Shown in pieces: positions 41,787 to 51,042 of a stretch of 64,000 bases of DNA. This DNA comes from a virus. The number at the start of each line of letters is the position of its first letter. The stretch's first letter is position 1. The notes beneath the pieces are model-generated. The model had not been told where the DNA came from. It worked only from the letters and a program-made list of their open reading frames with translations, and searched no databases. Where the stretch lies: IMG/VR virus record IMGVR_UViG_3300002026_000069, positions 1-64,000 of that record, one strand, 5' to 3'. A program made the translations under genes and the position numbers.

Positions 41787-41901
41787 GATAAAGCATGCTA
41801 TCGCTAAGATAGCTGCTTTTAAGCTTAAAGCACCGGAAAAGAAACCGGAACAGACTCCAACACCTGTTCCGGCTATTGCTCCAACGAATGTCCCACCTTG
41901 A
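41755..41901 (+). CDS. Possible 48-aa peptide (not in ORF track)
   Basis: GTG start; ...IKHAIAKIAAFKLKAPEKKP...; resembles the IEDAIEKIA leader. Confidence 0.35.
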   Translation: MQLQHQPPLLKIKHAIAKIAAFKLKAPEKKPEQTPTPVPAIAPTNVPP

Positions 41902-41931
41902 ATGGTGGGATTTTTCGTTTAGTATGTATTC

Positions 41932-43467
41932 GTGAAGCCATCTACCCTTGCTCAAAAGATGTTGTCCCTTAAGGGTGGACCTTTAGACCTGAGAGGCAGA
42001 CCATATCTCAAAGATGTATATGATTCAGATGCACAGAGAGTTCTCTTAAAGTTTGGCCGTCAGTCTGAAAAGTCTACTACTTTAAGTGCTAAAATAACAT
42101 TAAATACAGCGTGCATCCCATACTTTAATACGCTGTTCGTTTCGCCTTCAGCTTCTCAGACGAAAGACTTTAGTAATGATCGTCTAAATCAGTTCATGAA
42201 GAATAGTGATTATATTGTAGATAATCTATTCGACCAAACATGTACTGATAGAGTAGATCAAAAGTCTCTTTTAAATGGTTCGAATGTATATCTGAGATAT
42301 GCATTCCATAACGCTGACAGAACCCGTGGTATATCTGCTGATCAGGTAGTTCTTGATGAGCTTCAAGATATTCGAACTGATAATATTTCGGTTATTGAAG
42401 AATCTGCGTCTCACTCTGAGAGAGGTTTAAAGGGTCATCCATATAAGTCTTTCATCTTCGCAGGCACTCCTAAGACTACGAATAACTCAATGGAGTTCTT
42501 TTGGCGTAGATCCTCAATGCGTGAGTGGGGTATTAAATGCGAAGGTTGCGGACATTGGGCATTAGAACTCTCTACAAAGAACATTGGTAAAGAGTATCTT
42601 ATATGCGAGAAATGCGGACATAGACTATATCCTCAAACTGGACGCTGGATTATCACGAATCCAGGTGCAGCTATTGAAGGATATCATATTTGTCAGTTAG
42701 CCGTTCCTTGGCTTGATTGGCAAAAAGACATTCTATTCAAATTAAATACCTATCCTCAGAATCGTTTCTATAACGAGGTTCTCGGGCTATCATACGATAG
42801 CGGTTCTAAGCCGTTAACCATGGCTCAACTTCGTCAATGCTGTAATCCTGATCGTAAGGATTGGTGGAAGCATGATGAAGGATATATACCAAGACCTTTG
42901 TTTGCTGGGATAGATTGGGCTTTAACAGCAGAGAAGTCCTTTACTATCCTAACCATAGGCGCTTGGCTTCCATTCCCTGAGAAGTTTGTTATTCTCTATC
43001 AGAAGAAGTATGAGGCTAATCTAGACCTACTCCAGCAAATTGAAGATATTAAGCTCGTTTGCGACCAATACGGCGTAGATCTTATTGGAGCGGATTGGGG
43101 TGCTGGTGTTCATAGTAACTTAAAGCTTATTGAACACTTCGGTTCCGATAGGGTTGCTCAGTATTATAACTCTGGATCTCAGAAGAACCGCATTCAGTGG
43201 AATGATAAGCGTCAGATGTTTACGATTAGCAGAACAACGGTAATGACAGATTTGTTTAACTATATACAAAAGTCTCGTATTGAATGGCCAGCATATGAAG
43301 TCTGTCAGGGATTCCTAACTGACTTCCTGAATGAAGATATCGAATACAATAAAGATGGTGTATTGTATTACGATCACAATCCAGATAGTCCTGATGATGC
43401 TATTCACTCGACTATGTATTGTATGTTAGCTGGAGAACTATTCTATACGAATAGGGGTAATAGCTAA
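41932..43467 (+). CDS. terL: Terminase large subunit
   Basis: Walker A GRQSEKST, Walker B VVLDE, coupling motif GTPK, CxxC..CxxC, nuclease GIDW and PDDAIH; TTGAAT-16-TAGTAT leaderless promoter. Confidence 0.92.
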   Translation: MKPSTLAQKMLSLKGGPLDLRGRPYLKDVYDSDAQRVLLKFGRQSEKSTTLSAKITLNTACIPYFNTLFVSPSASQTKDFSNDRLNQFMKNSDYIVDNLFDQTCTDRVDQKSLLNGSNVYLRYAFHNADRTRGISADQVVLDELQDIRTDNISVIEESASHSERGLKGHPYKSFIFAGTPKTTNNSMEFFWRRSSMREWGIKCEGCGHWALELSTKNIGKEYLICEKCGHRLYPQTGRWIITNPGAAIEGYHICQLAVPWLDWQKDILFKLNTYPQNRFYNEVLGLSYDSGSKPLTMAQLRQCCNPDRKDWWKHDEGYIPRPLFAGIDWALTAEKSFTILTIGAWLPFPEKFVILYQKKYEANLDLLQQIEDIKLVCDQYGVDLIGADWGAGVHSNLKLIEHFGSDRVAQYYNSGSQKNRIQWNDKRQMFTISRTTVMTDLFNYIQKSRIEWPAYEVCQGFLTDFLNEDIEYNKDGVLYYDHNPDSPDDAIHSTMYCMLAGELFYTNRGNS

Positions 43468-43491
43468 AGAAAGGCGCTCATGCGCCATGGT

Positions 43492-43716
43492 TCAATCAAC
43501 CATTCCTTCATTGGACTGAAGGAATTCAATCTCAGCCTGAGATACCTCGACATGTTGATTGTCGATCATCTCTTCAGAGATACTAGGATCTCCTTCTTCC
43601 TGCTTCTTGAGCATATCAAGCAACTTCTTCGATTCCATCACATAGGCATTCCACTTTGGTGTGGTTGCATCTGTGAGATCAACCCCGATGATATCGGGGC
43701 ATTGGATTTCAGACAT
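43492..43716 (-). CDS. Small acidic protein
   Basis: Class E promoter and SD at 43724-43745. Confidence 0.7.
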   Translation of the reverse strand: MSEIQCPDIIGVDLTDATTPKWNAYVMESKKLLDMLKKQEEGDPSISEEMIDNQHVEVSQAEIEFLQSNEGMVD

Positions 43717-43763
43717 GGTTATGTCTCCTTATTAGTATTATACCTCATAGCTAAAAAAGACAC

Positions 43764-44075
43764 TCATGGGAGTGTCCTAGCCTTCAATATGGCTTCGAAT
43801 GTCTTTTGGTATTCAGACTTATTCTTGTCTTCTTCCTCTTCCCACTTCATATCTTTGAATGCTTCTTTTATCAAATAATACTGGCATATAGCATTCGCTA
43901 TACCCAAAGCGATACTAGCAACAGCAAATCCGGTCAAGAACCTATCTGCCGCTACATTGGATTCATAAGCATTATGAATGCTATTGAATTCATTTAAAGT
44001 TGATATAGACTTGTTTATTTGAATTCCACGTAGCGTTGTATCAAGACGCATTGGAATCATTGGTTGATATGTCAT
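43764..44075 (-). CDS. Small single-TM protein (start moved to MTYQP)
   Basis: AGGTATAAC motif 6 nt before ATG; FLTGFAVASIALGIANAI. Confidence 0.6.
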   Translation of the reverse strand: MTYQPMIPMRLDTTLRGIQINKSISTLNEFNSIHNAYESNVAADRFLTGFAVASIALGIANAICQYYLIKEAFKDMKWEEEEDKNKSEYQKTFEAILKARTLP

Positions 44076-44094
44076 ATGGATGTTATACCTAAAA

Positions 44095-44156
44095 AACATC
44101 AACCGTGCCTCAGTATTGCTACTGAGGTCACTTTAAACCTTTCGGTGGTTGATGTT
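44095..44156 (-). other. Three-way-junction RNA structure or terminator
   Basis: AACATCAACC/GGTTGATGTT closing stem, ACC-GAAA-GGT and CCTCAGTA-GCAA-TACTGAGG hairpins, then T tract. Confidence 0.55.
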
Positions 44157-44166
44157 CTCCTTGGCC

Positions 44167-44382
44167 TTACTTCTTCAGTTCGGCCAACTCCTGCTTCAGC
44201 TCTTCCAGGTAGCTCTTGCGCTTGATCTTGTTGATCTCGCGTTCGATCTCCCGGATCTCCTTCTGTTCCTCGTCTTCCTGCTTCTTCTTCTCGATCTGCT
44301 CTTTCACGACCTCGGAACCCGCCACCAACATGGCGGCGAGGCTGGTCATGCAGAGGTTCTGGAACTCGCGCTCCTTGGACAT
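44167..44382 (-). CDS. Small coiled-coil protein with hydrophobic N-terminus
   Basis: Class E promoter and SD at 44391-44412. Confidence 0.7.
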   Translation of the reverse strand: MSKEREFQNLCMTSLAAMLVAGSEVVKEQIEKKKQEDEEQKEIREIEREINKIKRKSYLEELKQELAELKK

Positions 44383-44424
44383 GTTAATGCCCTCCTTACT
44401 ATTCTTATACCTAAAAACAACCCC

Positions 44425-44745
44425 CTATTTGGGGGTCATCTTCAGCCGACAGATTTGCCTCAATAACTCGTGACTTGAGTTTTCGATGACAAATCCTGGG
44501 AAGTTCTCCCAATCGGCTATATCGACCTCCATCAAGAACTTGATAGCCAGTTCTATGACTTCAATCTGATATTCCTGGTCTAGAGAAACCAAGAAATCCA
44601 GATGCGGAATCTGTCTCTCAACCATATTGAAATCATCCATCTCAAGATGACGCTTCTTGGCTTTCGCCAGCGTATTCTTAAGAAGAATAATCTTCGCACC
44701 CCGTAAACAGGCGATGGTGCCGATGATCGCCCCTAGCCCTAGCAT
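44425..44745 (-). CDS. Small protein with N-terminal TM
   Basis: Class E promoter and SD at 44752-44773. Confidence 0.7.
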   Translation of the reverse strand: MLGLGAIIGTIACLRGAKIILLKNTLAKAKKRHLEMDDFNMVERQIPHLDFLVSLDQEYQIEVIELAIKFLMEVDIADWENFPGFVIENSSHELLRQICRLKMTPK

Positions 44746-44774
44746 AAATTTTCTCCTTAGTTATATTATACCAT

Positions 44775-45960
44775 ATGGAAAAGAAGTCATTCTTGGGCGG
44801 ATTGTTTATGAAGTCCGGTCTTCATCAGGCTGCAAACTTTGGATTGAGAAGGCTTGGTTGGGGTAAACATTACTACACTGGATCTTCTGCCGCTGGAATA
44901 AGGGCTGCATTAACTGGAAAAGCTCACTTTCCAACTATAAGAAGAACTATTGGAGGTATAGCTCCAGATTTAACTGGATTAAGCGATTATGAGTTATCTA
45001 AAGGATTAACAGAAGCAGCTAAGCATCATATAAGTAAAGCATCAAAAGGTAAAGTTTCACACGAAGATATCATTCATATGTTGGGTGGAAAGACAAACCT
45101 TCCAAAAGACAGAATAGAGCTTTTAGATAAGCTTAAGCAGAATAAAGAATTAAAGATGCATTTTAGTGGATTAGGTGTTAATCCACAATCCGTACTTGGG
45201 AAAAACCTAAAGGGCGGTATTGAGAAGTTCAAAAAGGAAGGTTTAGAACCTAAACGTGGTGCTATAGGAAGATTCTTTAGAAAATACGCTAAGGGACAAG
45301 ATAAGCAAAAAGAGCTATTTACAGAACCAATTGCTCAATTATCTCTAGGTCAAATTCCAACAACTTCAGTAATTAGTAGCGGAGCAACCCATGCGGCAAA
45401 TAAAGGATTCACTTCTCCTATATTAGCTGCCAAGGGTCATGTAATGGAGTCCGGGATACGCTGATGTTGCTAGAGCGAAGAGATCTTATCTTGATAAAAT
45501 GAAGGATAAAGGAATTTCAACAATAGGAACAATTGATCCTGCTGTGTCTGAATTTAAAGATTTAGGAAGAGATTTCGGAAGAGCGGATTTAGCAGCTAGA
45601 AAGAAAGTAATTCTTGCTAATCAAGCTTTATTACATAAAGCAAAGGGATTAGGTCTATCTAAGCAGGAATTACTAAATAAGTATAAAGAAGCTAAATCAA
45701 TAATACCAGAATCAGCTAATGATCCAATCAGACAAGGCATTCTCGGATACAGGAAAGGATATAGAGCAGTAAGGGAATTTATACCTAAGATTCAACCAAT
45801 GAAAACTGAAATTACAAATATAATAAATAACGCTCAAAGAGATATATCTGTTAATGCTAGATTGGCATATAGGAAAGCTAGAGGGGCTGTAGGGGATGCT
45901 TATAGTAATACTACGTCATTAGCTAAAAAAGGATACGATAGGTTGATGGGTAATAGTTAG
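44775..45960 (+). CDS. Lys-rich putative virion protein split by a 1-nt frameshift near 45452
   Basis: Removing one G from CCGGGA gives ...VMESGYADVARAKRSYLDKM..., joining both ORFs (394 aa). Confidence 0.55.
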
Positions 45961-45961
45961 A

Positions 45962-46025
45962 ACACTCCATGAAGGAGTGCCGACAAACTCGTTAAGCATC
46001 CTTTCGGGTAGCTGTTGAGCTTGTC
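45962..46025 (-). other. Structured 3' RNA element (two hairpins)
   Basis: GACAAGCTC/GAGTTTGTC stem capped by CC-GAAA-GG, then CACTCC/GGAGTG hairpin. Confidence 0.45.
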
Positions 46026-46040
46026 TGATTTGTTCGCCGG

Positions 46041-46190
46041 TCAGGGCTTCTTGGCGGCAGCGTGGGCCGCCAGCACCGCCGCCTGTTCGGCGTTGGGCTT
46101 GGTGACGAAGTACGTGACGAGGCTTCCCGTCACCGCGCCAGCCACGAAGCCAGCGGAGAAAGCCTGAACCGGGGTGAGGCTGCTGAGCAT
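46041..46190 (-). CDS. 49-aa single-TM protein (start moved to MLSSL)
   Basis: AAGGAGG SD; AFSAGFVAGAVTGSLVTYFV; class E motif at 46251-46259. Confidence 0.7.
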   Translation of the reverse strand: MLSSLTPVQAFSAGFVAGAVTGSLVTYFVTKPNAEQAAVLAAHAAAKKP

Positions 46191-46340
46191 GCTGATATCC
46201 TCCTTCAAGGACGAGAACCCATGATCTTCTGGATCACTTTCTCTAAATATATTATACCATTTGGAGGGTCCTTTTTCCCTTAAAGTGTCCCTGTGCAGGG
46301 ACATATTGATTTTAGGCTTCTTATCTATACTATGTTTCAT

Positions 46341-47165
46341 ATGTTCGATAGCGACTCTTGCAGGACTTGGGCTAAGGAAGCGTCTGATGCTTATCTAGCT
46401 GATAGCACCCCTCTAGGGGACACTATCGCTGGAATAGCTAAAAAGAACTCCTTAAACCCCAATCAGATACAAAGAGTCGTGGAATTGACTAATTCCATCA
46501 CTCATGCTAGACTATTCCAGAAGGAAAAGGATAAGACCTTTACCTTCCCACTGGCTAAATTAGACGATATTCTAGCTAAAACTAAGGAAACTACCGTGAA
46601 AGTAGCTGAAGCATACGTTTCAATGCCCGATATTCAACGTCCAGTGGAATCCACTAAGATAGCTGAGTTATTTGATAGCCCTGAAGTCTTGGATATTAAT
46701 AAGATAGCCACTCTAAAGAAGGCTCAAATCTACATTGAGAAGATGGAAAAGGCTGCTGAATGCCTAAATGACGCTCTAATTCTAGCCGATCTTAATGCCG
46801 TCCAGTATCTCAAGGATGCCAAAACGGTCATTAAACAGATGCTTTTAGACTCATATCATATGGAAGACCTCTTTGCGGCTATGATTGGGGCTATGCCAGA
46901 TAAGAAAATGGAGCTTTTAAGCTTATTTAGCTCTATCTGCAAGGAGCTTTCAGAAGAAGGGGTTAAGATTGCTTCCCTTTCAGTAGATCCAAACTATATA
47001 TCTTCTCTATTAAAGACTCAGAATATCAGAGTTGTCAATGGTCAGCACCCTCTTTACATGAATGTAAAGGGATATTTCGACCAAGTTGATGAAGTTGCAG
47101 CCAAAAAGAATAGCATCGAATGGCTTGGAAGCAAGATCAACGAGCTAAAACATGCAATTAAATGA
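46341..47165 (+). CDS. K-x-A-rich head-associated protein (start moved to MFDSD)
   Basis: TTGATT-16-TACTAT promoter ends 7 nt before ATG; LNPNQIQRVVE..N motif; KVA, KIA x3. Confidence 0.6.
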   Translation: MFDSDSCRTWAKEASDAYLADSTPLGDTIAGIAKKNSLNPNQIQRVVELTNSITHARLFQKEKDKTFTFPLAKLDDILAKTKETTVKVAEAYVSMPDIQRPVESTKIAELFDSPEVLDINKIATLKKAQIYIEKMEKAAECLNDALILADLNAVQYLKDAKTVIKQMLLDSYHMEDLFAAMIGAMPDKKMELLSLFSSICKELSEEGVKIASLSVDPNYISSLLKTQNIRVVNGQHPLYMNVKGYFDQVDEVAAKKNSIEWLGSKINELKHAIK

Positions 47166-47457
47166 GCATTCTATTAACGGCATGCTGAAATTAGCAGGTA
47201 TATACTCCAGTGTTATGACTGGCGGATATAATCTAGCTAAGAAAGGGATTTCTTCTTTAAAGCCTTTAGTCTCCAAAGAAGTCTCTCCAGGTGTCAGACG
47301 CCTCTCATTAAAGAGAATGGCTATGACAGGAGCAGGTCTTTATGGTGCCAAGAAGCTAACAGATCAAGTCTTAGAAAATCAACGTAACCTTTCAAGAGAC
47401 TATATGGATGATATTCATCCGTATCGTCAATCAGACACACTAAGGATGGCAAGATGA
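47152..47457 (+). CDS. Small basic protein with KLA leader
   Basis: MQLNEHSINGMLKLA. Confidence 0.6.
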   Translation: MQLNEHSINGMLKLAGIYSSVMTGGYNLAKKGISSLKPLVSKEVSPGVRRLSLKRMAMTGAGLYGAKKLTDQVLENQRNLSRDYMDDIHPYRQSDTLRMAR

Positions 47458-48097
47458 ACACTCAATTATACAATGAGTTACTAGAAGCTAAGGCAAATGG
47501 TACTTTGGGTACTGTTCTCCTTGAGAAATTCGCCTCTCTAAACATTAAGTCTGAAGATGAAGTTCGGCATTTATTTGATTGCACGAATGAAAAGCTTGCA
47601 TGGAAGGGTGGTGGCGGTGGTCCAGCACCAACACCTAGTAAATCAACCACTTTAGGCAAGGTAATTCTAGGCTTATCATTAGCTGGAATTGCATCAGTTC
47701 CTATTGGAGCCATGATTTCTAAGGCAAACCAGAAGAAGTCCACATTTGATAAGATCAAAGCTTCTAATCCTGCATTAGCTCAGGATGCCAAGACTAAGGA
47801 TCATTACGACATGCTATGGCATGAGCTTCTAATCCTGCATTAGCTCAGGATGCCAAGACTAAGGATCATTACGACATGCTATGGCATGTTGCTCCTAATC
47901 TTGCTGGAAATCATGTTATTGCCGCTTCTGTTCTTGAACAGCTTAAGGCTTATGACATGATTGATCACCAGATGATCGCTAAGCTTGTTGAAGCCGATAA
48001 GAACATGGCAGAGAGCAAGTCGAAGAGCGGTATGATTCAGAATGCCAGTAACCTCTCAACAATCGGAAAGAACATTTCCGATATGGCGAACAAGTAA
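47454..48097 (+). CDS. Head-associated protein (192 aa after removing a 65-bp duplication)
   Basis: Duplication removal restores frame; EKFA, EKLA; hydrophobic helix. Confidence 0.7.
47759..47888 (+). repeat. Exact 65-bp tandem duplication, frameshifting
   Basis: AGCTTCTAATCC...GCTATGGCATG x2. Confidence 0.95.
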
Positions 48098-48640
48098 ATG
48101 GACGGCAAAAAGATTGTAGAGCAATATCTTAAGATTGCTCCATATCTTGGTGCTGCTGGAACCGGCGCTGCCATTGGTGGCGCTGTTTCCGATGATCGTA
48201 AGAAGGGCGCTATGAAAGGCGCTCTTATTGGACTTGGTTCGTTGGTTGGTGGAAGATTGGCTGCAAAAGGTGGATCTTCTATTGCTAATAGGTTCCTAGG
48301 TAAGGATAAATTGAAATTTGCAAACGAGTTCCGTGAACTAGAAAAGAAAATTGGAACGGATGCAGCTATTCATAAAGTAAATATAGACGCTTTAGTTGCA
48401 AACGGAAAAGTAGATGCTGCTAATACATACATATCTAAACTTCAAACTGAAGGTTTAGGCGCAGCATATGCATCTCTTGGCGAGAATCATAAATATATTC
48501 CAGAAATTCCAAAGGATATGTTTGCAAAGCTTCTTTCTAAAGAAAGCGGAATTATCGGTGGCGCAGCAACTATTGGTTCTTCTGCTGGTTTAGCTGGAAC
48601 CGCATACGCATTAAGAAATGGTAATAGTTCTAAAAAATAA
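48098..48640 (+). CDS. Glycine-zipper protein with KIA leader
   Basis: MDGKKIVEQYLKIA; three GxxxG helices. Confidence 0.65.
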   Translation: MDGKKIVEQYLKIAPYLGAAGTGAAIGGAVSDDRKKGAMKGALIGLGSLVGGRLAAKGGSSIANRFLGKDKLKFANEFRELEKKIGTDAAIHKVNIDALVANGKVDAANTYISKLQTEGLGAAYASLGENHKYIPEIPKDMFAKLLSKESGIIGGAATIGSSAGLAGTAYALRNGNSSKK

Positions 48641-48845
48641 GAACATCGTAGGTTACTACGATGGAATGATTCATGCGGACAATGAGCATGACATTCGCTT
48701 AATAAATACATGTCTTAATGTAAATCTTGACAAAGCAGACGAATATCATAAGCTAAAAGATAGATTACACGCCCCTTACTTCTGTAAGCGTGGAACAACT
48801 AACCAATCCTTTAGGATAAAGCAAAATGTCATTAAATCTCATTGA
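48618..48845 (+). CDS. Hypothetical protein
   Basis: 75-aa ORF overlapping both neighbours. Confidence 0.45.
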   Translation: MVIVLKNKNIVGYYDGMIHADNEHDIRLINTCLNVNLDKADEYHKLKDRLHAPYFCKRGTTNQSFRIKQNVIKSH

Positions 48846-49197
48846 AGATGCAATTGAGAAAATAGCTTTATTATCAGCCGCAAACACAGCAGCACGATTT
48901 GGATTAATCGGTGGCGCTGTTGGCGCTTTTAGAAAGAAAGATAAAGACGAGTCTCGTCTTCATTCCATTCTTAGAAGTGCTGGAACTGGCGCTGCCGTTG
49001 GAGCAGGCGGAAACATAGCTGCAAGAGGCTTAGCTAAGGCTGTTAAATTTAGCCCTGGCAAAGCTGAAGTAGCAAAGCTCGTTGGAGATAAGAAGACTTA
49101 TAACAAAGAAATGCTTAAAGCATTGGCTGTACTTGGTGGTGGAACCGCTGGTAGTATTGGTGCTTATCACCTTGCCAAGAGAAAAGAAAATAAGTAA
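48826..49197 (+). CDS. Leader-bearing glycine-zipper protein
   Basis: MSLNLIEDAIEKIA leader; three Gly/Ala helices. Confidence 0.65.
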   Translation: MSLNLIEDAIEKIALLSAANTAARFGLIGGAVGAFRKKDKDESRLHSILRSAGTGAAVGAGGNIAARGLAKAVKFSPGKAEVAKLVGDKKTYNKEMLKALAVLGGGTAGSIGAYHLAKRKENK

Positions 49198-51041
49198 TGT
49201 TTAAAGCCATCGACATCGGACCATTGCTGGATGACGGCGAATTAGCCGTTAAACTCATGCCCGTTGGCGATGAGGAAAAGACAGCTTCCGTACTTGGAAA
49301 GCATATTCCTGATGAGATCGCTCTCTTCGCTAAAGCGGCTAAGTCTTCTGAAGACTGTGTTTGGCTTCATGTTATCGCCATGACGGCTGGAGACTTTTAT
49401 GGTCCCAATCGTAATGGCGATTTCTTCTATGAAGCTGATCTTCTTGGAATGCAAGATCAAGAAGAAGCTAATAAGAATATTGGCGAATATACTGGAAAGC
49501 CACTTCAACGCTATAAGACATTCTTACAGGCTTCATTCTATCATCATCATAAGAATAAGCCAGATCTAGGGCATCCTCGCTTTGGTCGTGTTGTAGTTGT
49601 AGCTTACAACCACATCATGCATCGTGTTGAGCTTGTTCTACAAGTATTCAGAATTACTAAGAAGATTGGTGATATCACCTATCTTGGTGATCCTGATACT
49701 TGCGGAAAGGCTATGAGAGGCGAACAAATCGCTTTCTCCATGGGATGCAAGGTTCCTGGTGACTATTGCTCAATTACTGGTGTATGGAATAAGACGGTTG
49801 CTAACTATGGATTGCACTTAAAGACCATGATGGGTCGTATAATGCCTGATGGAAGGCGTGTATACGCAATTAATAGAAAACCAAGATTCTTCGATATCTC
49901 AAAGGTTCTTATTCCCGCAGACCCACTTGGGCTATCCATTACTAAAGTAGCTTCAGTAATCATTGGATCTGCTCAGAAAGCTCTGGATTACGGCATGGAA
50001 GATAACGAGAAGCTTTCAATCTTAAAGAAGTCTGAAATAAAGAAAATAATTCCAGATGGCAAACTGATTGGTGAATTAGCCGATCAGCATGAGATGCCTG
50101 GATTAGAATATACTGATGATGATCTTCCTAGTAATGTATTAGATAGTCTAGGCAACCTATCTTTAGGCAAGGCTCTTACTAACCTATTAGCTTCAGGCAT
50201 GCTTGCTTCACCAAGAGAAGTTGGCACTATCATTACTATTCGTATTCAACGTTCTCCTAACTGGATGAAAGAGACTCCTGATATTGATTGGAATGGTGGA
50301 GTGGATTCTGATGTTCAGAAAGAACTCGCTAAGCATGCTGCAAGTCGTTCTTTCTTTGGGCATCTTCCATTAAATAGAATGGAGAAGCTGGCTAATGTTG
50401 AAGAGAAGGCTGAAAAGTCTCTTCCAGATAAGATTTACGAGAAGTTTAACAAGCAACTTCCAGTTGGTGTGACGATGGGTGCATTGATTGCATCTATATA
50501 TACGTTGTATCGTGCCAACATTCGTAGCGGAACATTAGAAAGTTTCTTTAAACTAATCGATAAGAATCCATATATTCTTCCTGCTGTCATTGGTGGTGGA
50601 ACTTTGGCAAGTTCAACCATATCAGCAGCTATGGAGAAGAAAGCTGATATGCACAAGCATATCAATAAACTTCTTTTAGCTACTGCTATTCCATATGTTG
50701 GATCTGCCTATCTGACTCAAAGAGAGAAGGAAGGCAAGCAACTTGGTGCTGTCTCAAGATTCATTAAAGACAATCCAGGTGCTTTGGCTATCGGCAGCAA
50801 CATAGCTGCTTTTGGTGGAGCAAAAGCCCTAAAGGACAAACTGACTTCAAAAGTTGCTCACTTGAAAAAGTGCGCGGGCTTAGATAAGATGGATGTGATA
50901 GATAACTTTGTCGTGCAGCCAATGACATCACTTTCGGGAAGCATTCCGCATTCGATGGTTGGTGGTTCGATAGATAGTTATGTCCTAAACAAACTTCTCA
51001 ATCGTAAGAGAAAAACCCTTCCTTCCTCAACGGAGAAATAA
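49197..51041 (+). CDS. Prohead (capsid maturation) protease candidate with long C-terminal extension
   Basis: NRNGD.F, HH.NK, FSMG, FFDIS.V..PAD, comparable to HK97/assemblin-fold protease motifs; upstream of scaffold-like genes and capsid. Confidence 0.65.
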   Translation: MFKAIDIGPLLDDGELAVKLMPVGDEEKTASVLGKHIPDEIALFAKAAKSSEDCVWLHVIAMTAGDFYGPNRNGDFFYEADLLGMQDQEEANKNIGEYTGKPLQRYKTFLQASFYHHHKNKPDLGHPRFGRVVVVAYNHIMHRVELVLQVFRITKKIGDITYLGDPDTCGKAMRGEQIAFSMGCKVPGDYCSITGVWNKTVANYGLHLKTMMGRIMPDGRRVYAINRKPRFFDISKVLIPADPLGLSITKVASVIIGSAQKALDYGMEDNEKLSILKKSEIKKIIPDGKLIGELADQHEMPGLEYTDDDLPSNVLDSLGNLSLGKALTNLLASGMLASPREVGTIITIRIQRSPNWMKETPDIDWNGGVDSDVQKELAKHAASRSFFGHLPLNRMEKLANVEEKAEKSLPDKIYEKFNKQLPVGVTMGALIASIYTLYRANIRSGTLESFFKLIDKNPYILPAVIGGGTLASSTISAAMEKKADMHKHINKLLLATAIPYVGSAYLTQREKEGKQLGAVSRFIKDNPGALAIGSNIAAFGGAKALKDKLTSKVAHLKKCAGLDKMDVIDNFVVQPMTSLSGSIPHSMVGGSIDSYVLNKLLNRKRKTLPSSTEK

Positions 51042-51042
51042 A

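Noticed and set aside
44095-44156. Hammerhead, twister or pistol ribozyme
   Set aside because: Conserved catalytic cores not found; kept only as an unassigned structure
46191-46340. Upstream extensions of ORFs 46041(-) and 46293(+)
   Set aside because: They run through promoter motifs; better starts are at 46190 and 46341
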